DNA of 64,000 bases, taken from the NCBI GenBank assembly GCA_003222035.1, contig QHUS01000045.1, positions 2,615 through 66,614 on the forward strand. The letters are read 5' to 3'. The notes under the pieces are model-generated. The model worked only from the letters and a program-made list of their open reading frames with translations. It made no database searches and was not told where the DNA came from. Positions 45,091 through 52,095 of the stretch are shown piece by piece; positions within the stretch are counted from its first letter, which is position 1, and every line of letters begins with the position of its first letter. Source of the stretch: Gemmatimonadota bacterium. GTDB lineage: Bacteria > Gemmatimonadota > Gemmatimonadetes > Gemmatimonadales > GWC2-71-9. Made by a program: the position numbers and the translations under genes.

Positions 45091-45189
45091 CAGACCGGCC
45101 GGGCGACGTGTGCATTTTGTGCGGAATGAGCGGGGCTACACGGAGGTACGGTAGCAAAATTCGAAAAAGCTCGCAACCGGGGGGGCCGA

Positions 45190-46182
45190 TCACGGCAACG
45201 TCTGCTCTTCCCCCCCCGCGAGCGCCGTCGCGAGCGCCCGGACCGTCGCCGGTGCGTTGCCCTCCAGCCGATTATTCACCAAGATCAGCGCTTCCAAATG
45301 GCGGCGCGTGGCCTCCGCTATGACGCGAAGCAGGTCTTGGCGCACCTCAGGCTGCGGATCTCGGATCCGCTCGTACGGCTGAAACAGCTTCACGGCGTCC
45401 GCGTACGCGCGCCCGGGGCGGAGTAGCGCGCGCGCAACCGTGAACGCCGCCGGGAACGTCCAGGGGAGCTCGAGCTGCTCGCCGATCGGGGGCATCTCGT
45501 TCCACGAGTTGAACACGTGGGCCACGCCGTGTCGCGCCAGCACAGCGCCGTGCGAGTCGGTCATGAGCTCCCGATTGCGCAGCTCGACCGCATAGCGATA
45601 ATCGCGCGGCAGCTGGCGCAAGAAGCCGTCGAGCTCTTCCGCCCATTGTGGGGCCGAGGGCAGGTCCTTTCCACGCATCGCCTGGAACTCGAACACGAAC
45701 GCGGCCGCGTGGTCGCGAAACACCCGCGCGTACGGCCCGAGTACCGCCTCCTTGAAAAGGTCGGCATTCAGGAAATCCGGGTTCCGCTGGCCTGACAGGT
45801 TGCCCCAGCGCGCGTCCTGGTTGAAGCGGCGCGCCGTAATCCGATCCCACACTTTGCTCACGCAGGGAAAGCCCCGCGGCAACGCCCGTGCGTACGCGGC
45901 GAGCACTTCTTCGGTCGGCGGCTCGTAGAACGCGCTGTCGATCCCCACCGTGCGAAACAAGGGATAGCGCCAGTACTCCTCGAGCCGCCGTGCCGGCTGC
46001 GCGCCGCGATACGGACGATGATAGACCTCGCCCGCCCAGCCGTCATAGGTCCAGGTCGACGTACCAAACTTGACGTTGGGAGGTATGCGACTGCCGAGCG
46101 CCACCAGATCGTCGGACGGCGGTGGCAGCGATGCGAGATCGTCGAACAGTCCTGGTTGCTTAGGCTCGCTCAATATCACCAC
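45190..46182 (-). CDS. DUF72-family protein
   Basis: KFGTSTWTYDGWAGEVY..., FVFEFQ, YAVELRN, VFNSW are typical DUF72 (UPF0759) blocks. 330 aa. Confidence 0.8.
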   Translation of the reverse strand: MVILSEPKQPGLFDDLASLPPPSDDLVALGSRIPPNVKFGTSTWTYDGWAGEVYHRPYRGAQPARRLEEYWRYPLFRTVGIDSAFYEPPTEEVLAAYARALPRGFPCVSKVWDRITARRFNQDARWGNLSGQRNPDFLNADLFKEAVLGPYARVFRDHAAAFVFEFQAMRGKDLPSAPQWAEELDGFLRQLPRDYRYAVELRNRELMTDSHGAVLARHGVAHVFNSWNEMPPIGEQLELPWTFPAAFTVARALLRPGRAYADAVKLFQPYERIRDPQPEVRQDLLRVIAEATRRHLEALILVNNRLEGNAPATVRALATALAGGEEQTLP

Positions 46183-46281
46183 TTAAACAGTGTCATATCA
46201 ACAAGTTATAACGGCAATCCCGAGTCTTGCCATCCCCTCTATCTTCGGGATATATTCGGGTCCCACTTTTGGGATCCGGCA

Positions 46282-47547
46282 ATGATCCGTACCTCCCACC
46301 TGACGAGCGACTCCGCCGCGTGTTGTTGGATACCGTTGTTCGCCCTGCGCTGCGAAACGGCGCGGCGTCCCGAGCTCGCATCCCAGTCCTGCGCACTGCT
46401 CGCACCCGACCACCCTCGCCCCCCTCGCGTGTGGCAGGTCTCGGCGCTCGCGCGGCACGCCGGAGTGAAGCCAGGGATGACCGTGAGTCAGGCGATCGGG
46501 CTCTGTCCCTCGCTCAAGCTATGTGAACCCGACCCGGTGCACTACGACGAGCGGTTCGCGCAGCTCCTCACGGCGCTCGCCGGCGTGTGCCCGGTGGTGG
46601 AGCCGGTGGAGCTGGGTCGGACGTTTGTCGGCACCGATGGGCTTGAGGGGTTGTACGGATCGCCGGAGCGGATCGTCGATCAGATCCGATTGCGGATTGC
46701 GGATTGCGGATTGCGGATTGGAAGCTCGGGCGTCGAATCCGCAATCCGGGTGGGCTGGGGCCGCGGGAAGTTCGTCGCTTGGGTGGCAGCCAATCGTGCG
46801 CGACCGGGGGAAGCCGTGATCGTGCGGCCTGGGGAGGAGGGGAGGTTTCTCGCGTCCCAGCCGCTCGGGGTACTGCCGCTCGATCCCGACACGTATCGCC
46901 GGCTGCGCCAGCTCGGCATCAAGACATTGGGCGCGCTTGCCGCCCTCCCGGAGGACGCGGTGGTCTCGCAGTTCGGCCGGCCCGGCCGGGAACTCTGGCA
47001 GCTAGCCGCCGGCCGGATCTCTGAGCCGGTGGTGGGGCGGGTCGCGCCCGAGCCGATTATCGCCGCGCTCACCTTTTTCTCTCCAGTCGCCGGGCGAGAG
47101 TTGCTCGAGCTGGCGCTCGATCACTTGATCGAGCGGGCGCTCAAGGATCCGCGCCGCAGCGGCTGGCGGGTGCAGGTGATGCGCGCGCGGGCGGAACTCG
47201 AGCAGGGTGCGTCGTGGCTCGTGGAGACTAGGCTCAAGGAGCCATCGGCGTCGCGAGAACGGCTGCTGGCGCCGCTCAAGACGCAGCTGGAGCGGTCGCC
47301 GCCCGCCGGCGCGGTGGAGCGACTCGCAGTCGAGTTCACCGGGTTCGCGCCGGGCACGACGGAGCTGCAGCTGTTCGCGCGCGACGCGAACGCCGCCGCG
47401 CGCGCCGGGCGGCGCCGAGCGCTCCAGTCCGCTGCAGAGGAAATCAAGCTCCGAATAAAGCGACCGATGCTGTATCACGTCATCGCGGTGCAGCCCTGGT
47501 CGCGGCTCCCGGAGCGCCGGTATGCGCTGATCGACTATGAGACATGA
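46282..47547 (+). CDS. imuB: ImuB-like Y-family polymerase homologue (core only, lacking the usual C-terminal module)
   Basis: Start MIRTSHL at 46282. CCWIPLFALRCETARRPEL N-terminus and LPLDPDTYRRLRQLGIKTLGALAALP (HhH) are typical of ImuB. Sits directly upstream of dnaE2. Confidence 0.75.
   Translation: MIRTSHLTSDSAACCWIPLFALRCETARRPELASQSCALLAPDHPRPPRVWQVSALARHAGVKPGMTVSQAIGLCPSLKLCEPDPVHYDERFAQLLTALAGVCPVVEPVELGRTFVGTDGLEGLYGSPERIVDQIRLRIADCGLRIGSSGVESAIRVGWGRGKFVAWVAANRARPGEAVIVRPGEEGRFLASQPLGVLPLDPDTYRRLRQLGIKTLGALAALPEDAVVSQFGRPGRELWQLAAGRISEPVVGRVAPEPIIAALTFFSPVAGRELLELALDHLIERALKDPRRSGWRVQVMRARAELEQGASWLVETRLKEPSASRERLLAPLKTQLERSPPAGAVERLAVEFTGFAPGTTELQLFARDANAAARAGRRRALQSAAEEIKLRIKRPMLYHVIAVQPWSRLPERRYALIDYET
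46688..46749. repeat. heptamer array (GATTGCG) x4.7 with a short inverted partner, inside imuB
   Basis: gattgcg x4 then gattgg aagctcgggcgtc gaatccgcaatccg. Encodes RLRIADCGLRIGSSGVESAIR. Confidence 0.85.
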
Positions 47548-47803
47548 AACTGACAGACTTCGTGCGCTCAATGTCCCGCAACGGGTGCAGGTGGAGCTGG
47601 ACGAGCAACGAAGACCAAGAGTTGTGATGCGGGAACCGGGAAACGTGAAACGCGTCGAGTCGCTCGGTGAGAATTGGCGCATGGACGACGAGTGGTGGCG
47701 ACAACCGATCGTGCGCCGCTATGTCGAGGTTGTCTTGGAAGGCGGAGGACGTGTGGTGCTGTTCGAGGACCTGATCACCGGAGAGTGGTTCGTGCAGACG
47801 TAG
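47537..47803 (+). CDS. 88-aa protein resembling the ImuB C-terminal module
   Basis: ENWRMDDEWWRQPIVRRYVEVVLEGGGRVVLFEDLITGEWFVQT resembles the GWW...RDYF...G...W(F/Y)LHG tail of proteobacterial ImuB as I recall it. Overlaps the imuB stop by 11 nt and ends 9 nt before dnaE2. Confidence 0.6.
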   Translation: MRHETDRLRALNVPQRVQVELDEQRRPRVVMREPGNVKRVESLGENWRMDDEWWRQPIVRRYVEVVLEGGGRVVLFEDLITGEWFVQT

Positions 47804-47812
47804 TGCGTGGTT

Positions 47813-50800
47813 ATGTATACCGAGCTCCACTGCCACTCCGCGTTTTCATTTCTCGACGGCGCCTCGCTCCCCGAGCAGCTCGCGCTCACCGCCTCGCAGC
47901 TCGGGCTCTCTGCCCTCGCCCTCACCGATCATAACGGCCTCTACGGCGCGATGGCGTTCGCGCAGGCAGCGAAGCAGCTCGGCCTGCAGGCGATCACCGG
48001 CGCCGAGCTGACGCTGCTCGACGGTTCGCACGTGACGCTGCTCGCCGAGACGCCCGAGGGATATGCGAACCTCTGCCGGCTGATCACCGAGGCCCATCTC
48101 GGCCGTGAGGACCGCCGCGACCCGCGGCTCGACTTCGCGTCTCTCGAGGCGCGACACGCGGGACTCATCGTGATGTCGGGATGCCGGGAGGGATTGTTGC
48201 CGACGGTCTTGCAAACGCACGGCCGCCAGGCGGCTCGCCGACTGGCGGAACGATGCAAAGCGGCGTTCGGACCCGAGAACTTTTTCGTCGAGCTGCAGCG
48301 CAATTACGTCCGGGGCGATCTGCCGCTTACCCGCGCGCTGATCGACCTCGCAGCCGACGTAGGACTTAGCGTCGTGGCGTCGGGCAACGTGCATTACCAC
48401 AAGCGTGAGCGCCATCGCCTGCACGACGTGCTGGTGGCGATCCGGCACCGCACGACGCTCGACGGCTCGCACCACGTGCGCCGTGCGTACAGCGAATTTT
48501 TCCTGCGGCCGCCTCAAGAAGTCGAGATGCTGTTTGGAGACTGTCGCGATGCTGTCGCCAATACGAATGCCCTGGCGGAACGCTGCCGCAGCTTCGATCT
48601 CACGCGCGATCTGGGATATCGATACCTGGCAGGCTCCGAGCACCACGTCCTCGCCGTGCGACGGCTCGACGAGGAGCTGCGGCTGATCGAGCACCACGGG
48701 CTTTCCGGGTTCTTTCTGGTCTACAACGACCTGTTCGACCTGGCCCGCGAGGTCGGGGCGGACGTGCGCCGGGGTAGCCGGCGCGCCCGTGGCAACCTGC
48801 TGCCGGGCCGCGGGCGTGGCTCGTCGGTGTCGTCGATCGTGTGCTATCTGCTCGGTCTCTCGCACATCGATCCGATCGCCAACGGGCTCTTCCTGGGACG
48901 GTTTCTGAACGAGTCGCTCGCCTCGGTCCCGGACATCGATCTCGATTTTCCCCGCGAGATCCGCGAGGAGCTGATCCGCCGGGTCTACAAGCGCTACGGC
49001 GACGAGCACGTCGGGCTCGTCTGCTCGTTTCCCACTTACCGCCTGCGCTCGACGGTGCGCGAGATCGGGAAGGCGCTCGACCTGCCGCCGGGAGAGATCG
49101 AGCAGGTCGCCAAGCTGTCGGACAGTCGGACTGACGGACTGTCGGACGAGATCGAGCGGCTTCCCGGATTCGCCGGCCGGCGCAACGCCCCGCTCTGGAA
49201 GGAGCTGTGCGAGCTCGCCGAGGAGATTGCCGGGCTGCCGCGCCACGTGTCGCAGCATGTCGGCGGCATGATCATCTCGAGCCGGCCGCTCGTGGAGATC
49301 GTGCCGCTCGAGCGCGCCGCCATGGAAGACCGTGTGGTGTGCCAGTGGGACAAGGACTCGTGCGACGACGCCCGCTTCATCAAGATCGACTTTCTGGCGC
49401 TCGGCATGCTGTCGCTCGTCGAGGAATGCGTCGAGCTGGTCGCGGAACGCGAGGGGGCGCCGCCCGATCTCTCCCGCATCGATTTCAAAGACCCGGCGGT
49501 GTACGACCGGATCTGCCGTGGCGACACGGTGGGGCTATTCCAGATCGAGAGCCGGGCGCAGATCCAGATGCTGCGTCGCACCCGGCCGCGCAATCTCGAG
49601 GACCTCGCGGTCGAGGTGGCGATCGTGCGACCGGGGCCGATCGTGGGCGGCGCGGTGAACCCGTACGTGCGCCGCCGCGAGGATCAGCGCCGCGCCCGCG
49701 AAGCGGGCCGCCCCTACAAGCCGCCGCTCGATCATCCCCTGCTCGAGTCGGCGCTCGCGGAGACGCTGGGCGTGATTCTCTATCAGGACCAGGTGCTGCA
49801 GGTGTGCCAGGCACTGGCGGGATTCACGGCGGGCCAGGCGGAGGCGCTGCGCCGCGCAATGAGCCGGCGGCGCAGCCGCGAGCTGATGGCGGGCTTCTGG
49901 GAGGAATTCCGGGACGGCGCCGCGGCGCGCGGCGTCCCGCCCGCGACCGCCGAGCGCGTGTTCACGCAGGTGATCGCGTTCTCCGAGTTCGGCTTTCCCA
50001 AATCGCACGCCGCCGCGTTCGGCCTGCTCGCCTACCAGTCGGCGTGGCTCAGGCACTATCACCCCGCAGAGTACTACTGCGCGCTGTTCAACAACCAACC
50101 GATGGGGTTCTACTCACTCGACGCGCTCGGGCGGGACGCGAAGCGCAACGGCGTGGAGATCCGGCTACCCGATGTGAACGAAAGCGACGTGTGGTGCACG
50201 GTGGACCTCACCCCCTTTCCCCCTCTCCTGGCGGGAGAGGGGGGACGCAATGCCGTACGAGTGGGACTCGGGTTTGTTCGGGACTGGAGCGAGGAGACGG
50301 CCACCGCAGTCGTCCTCGAGCGCGAGCGGAACGGCCGTTACCGCAGCATTGGTGACTTCGTGCGCCGCGCTCCGCCCAACCTCAAGCGGACCGCGATCGA
50401 GCACCTGGTGTGGGTGGGCGGATGCGACGGTTTCGGGCTCACACGGCGCGAGCTCTTGTGGCAGGTGGGGCTCTGGCTTCCGCCCGAGAACGGGCGTGGG
50501 TCGGGGGGAGACGCACGGGTCCGACGGCAGCTCGAGCTGTCACTCGATCATCCCTACGAGGGGCTCCGATTCGGTGACCTGGTGCCGGCCGAGCGGATGC
50601 TCGCCGAGTACGGGGTGCTGGGATTCGCTCCCAGCGGGCACCCGCTCTCTCTGTTGCGTGCGTCGCTCCCTGCCGGGGTCGTGCAGAGCGACGCGCTCCC
50701 GAAACTCGAGCACGGGGTGCGGGTGGAGGTGGCGGGGCTCGTGGTCGCGCGCCAGCGTCCCGAGACGGCGAAAGGATTCGTGTTCGTCCTGCTGGACGAC

Positions 50801-51085
50801 GTGGCCGGGATGGTGAACGTGATCGTGCGGCCCGACGTGTACGACCGGTACCGAGCCACGATCCGTGGCGAGCCGCTCTTGTGGATCGCCGGCAAGCTGG
50901 CGAAGGACGATGGGACGGTGAACGTGATCGCGGAAGAGGCACAAGGTCTCAAAGTCGGAACGCGGAACGCGGAACGCGGAACGAACAGCGAGTCGGACAG
51001 TTCCGCGTTCCCACTTCCGCATTCCGCGTTCGCCTTTCTCAAGTCCATGCGCCGCGTCGCGCCCGATTCCAAGGATTGGGGTTAG
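47813..51085 (+). CDS. dnaE2: error-prone DNA polymerase III alpha-like subunit
   Basis: PHP domain MYTELHCHSAFSFLDGA...LTDHNGLYG and the Pol III alpha core (GRGSSVSSIVCYLLGLSHIDP, DIDLDF, HVGGMIIS, OB-fold region). Sits next to imuB. Confidence 0.9.
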   Translation: MYTELHCHSAFSFLDGASLPEQLALTASQLGLSALALTDHNGLYGAMAFAQAAKQLGLQAITGAELTLLDGSHVTLLAETPEGYANLCRLITEAHLGREDRRDPRLDFASLEARHAGLIVMSGCREGLLPTVLQTHGRQAARRLAERCKAAFGPENFFVELQRNYVRGDLPLTRALIDLAADVGLSVVASGNVHYHKRERHRLHDVLVAIRHRTTLDGSHHVRRAYSEFFLRPPQEVEMLFGDCRDAVANTNALAERCRSFDLTRDLGYRYLAGSEHHVLAVRRLDEELRLIEHHGLSGFFLVYNDLFDLAREVGADVRRGSRRARGNLLPGRGRGSSVSSIVCYLLGLSHIDPIANGLFLGRFLNESLASVPDIDLDFPREIREELIRRVYKRYGDEHVGLVCSFPTYRLRSTVREIGKALDLPPGEIEQVAKLSDSRTDGLSDEIERLPGFAGRRNAPLWKELCELAEEIAGLPRHVSQHVGGMIISSRPLVEIVPLERAAMEDRVVCQWDKDSCDDARFIKIDFLALGMLSLVEECVELVAEREGAPPDLSRIDFKDPAVYDRICRGDTVGLFQIESRAQIQMLRRTRPRNLEDLAVEVAIVRPGPIVGGAVNPYVRRREDQRRAREAGRPYKPPLDHPLLESALAETLGVILYQDQVLQVCQALAGFTAGQAEALRRAMSRRRSRELMAGFWEEFRDGAAARGVPPATAERVFTQVIAFSEFGFPKSHAAAFGLLAYQSAWLRHYHPAEYYCALFNNQPMGFYSLDALGRDAKRNGVEIRLPDVNESDVWCTVDLTPFPPLLAGEGGRNAVRVGLGFVRDWSEETATAVVLERERNGRYRSIGDFVRRAPPNLKRTAIEHLVWVGGCDGFGLTRRELLWQVGLWLPPENGRGSGGDARVRRQLELSLDHPYEGLRFGDLVPAERMLAEYGVLGFAPSGHPLSLLRASLPAGVVQSDALPKLEHGVRVEVAGLVVARQRPETAKGFVFVLLDDVAGMVNVIVRPDVYDRYRATIRGEPLLWIAGKLAKDDGTVNVIAEEAQGLKVGTRNAERGTNSESDSSAFPLPHSAFAFLKSMRRVAPDSKDWG
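49117..49148. repeat. octamer array (GTCGGACN) x4 inside dnaE2
   Basis: gtcggaca gtcggact gacggact gtcggacg, the same unit as the 41925-42007 element. Encodes SDSRTDGLSD. Confidence 0.8.
50954..51034. repeat. palindromic GCGGAAC/GTTCCGC heptamer-array element, 81 nt, in frame near the dnaE2 3' end
   Basis: gtcggaacgcggaacgcggaacgcggaac gaacagcgagtcggaca gttccgcgttcccacttccgcattccgcgttcgcc. Same family as 3361-3460. Encodes VGTRNAERGTNSESDSSAFPLPHSAFA. Confidence 0.85.
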
Positions 51086-51094
51086 TATTCAGCC

Positions 51095-51643
51095 GTGGCA
51101 CAACGCGAAACCGCGACCCTCGCCGGTGGCTGCTTCTGGTGTCTCGAGGCAGCGTTCCAGGACCTGAAAGGCGTCGAGAAGGTCCAGTCCGGATATGCCG
51201 GCGGGCACATTGCCAATCCGTCGTACGAGCAGGTGTGCACCGGGACGACCGGTCACGCCGAGGTCGTCCAGATCACCTTCGATCCCACGGTCGTCTCCTT
51301 CGACGACCTGCTTCACGTCTTCTTCACGATCCACGACCCCACCACGCTGAACCGTCAGGGCGAAGACGTCGGCACCCAGTACCGCTCGGCGATCTTCTAT
51401 CACACGCCGCAGCAGAAGGCCACGGCCGAGCGAGTCATTCGTGAGCTCGAGGCCGAGAAGGTGTGGGACGATCCCGTTGTAACGGAATTGAAGCCGCTCG
51501 ACGCGTTCTACCCGGCCGAGCAGTACCACCGTGATTATTATCGCCGGAACCCCAACCAGGGCTACTGCCGCGCCGTGATCGCGCCTAAAGTCGCCAAGGT
51601 GCGCAAGCTCTACTTCGACAAGCTGAAGCAACCCGTCGGGTGA
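51095..51643 (+). CDS. msrA: peptide-methionine (S)-S-oxide reductase
   Basis: TLAGGCFWCLEAAF (GCFWC active site), GYAGG, TGHAEVVQITFDP. Confidence 0.9.
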   Translation: MAQRETATLAGGCFWCLEAAFQDLKGVEKVQSGYAGGHIANPSYEQVCTGTTGHAEVVQITFDPTVVSFDDLLHVFFTIHDPTTLNRQGEDVGTQYRSAIFYHTPQQKATAERVIRELEAEKVWDDPVVTELKPLDAFYPAEQYHRDYYRRNPNQGYCRAVIAPKVAKVRKLYFDKLKQPVG

Positions 51644-51660
51644 CACTGCGAGGAGGACGA

Positions 51661-52095
51661 ATGAAGCACTGGGCAGTGCTCGCGGCGCTGATCGCGCCCG
51701 CAGCGGCCGCGGCGCAGGCTCCGCCCGCTGGCTCGACGGAGCCCTTCGTGGTGGAGTACTACTACAAGGTCCGCTGGGGTTACGCCGACGAGTTCATCCG
51801 CCTCTTCAAGAAGAACCACTACCCCGTTTTGAAACGCCAGATGGAGCTGGGGCACATCCAGACCATCACGGCGGAGGCACCCAGGTTCCACGGCACCGAG
51901 GACGGCCGCTGGGACTATCGCGTCACGCTGGTCTGGAAGAACGCGGCGGCGCCCCATGAGCCGTTCCCCGAGGCGGAGCTCAAGCGCCTATTTCCCGACC
52001 AGGAAACCTTCCGGCGAGAGGAGCAGCACCGCTTCGAGATCCTCGCCGCGCATTGGGACCTGCCGGTGGTTACGGTGGATTTGACCCGGCCCTAG
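51661..52095 (+). CDS. secreted hypothetical protein (small alpha+beta barrel-like)
   Basis: GAGGAGG upstream of ATG 51661. Signal peptide [20 protein letters not shown]. No motif recognised. The 3' end overlaps the convergent lhr by 26 nt. Confidence 0.5.
   Translation: MKHWAVLAALIAPAAAAAQAPPAGSTEPFVVEYYYKVRWGYADEFIRLFKKNHYPVLKRQMELGHIQTITAEAPRFHGTEDGRWDYRVTLVWKNAAAPHEPFPEAELKRLFPDQETFRREEQHRFEILAAHWDLPVVTVDLTRP

Noticed and set aside
46183-46281. Search for a LexA/SOS box upstream of imuB
   Set aside because: The spacer is AT-rich and has small symmetries (TGT-N7-ACA, GTTATAAC, TTCGGGAT/TTCGGGTC direct repeats). Nothing matches the LexA consensus types I know (CTGT-N8-ACAG, GAAC-N4-GTTC, GTTC-N7-GTTC). 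No call is made without the cognate LexA motif for this lineage.
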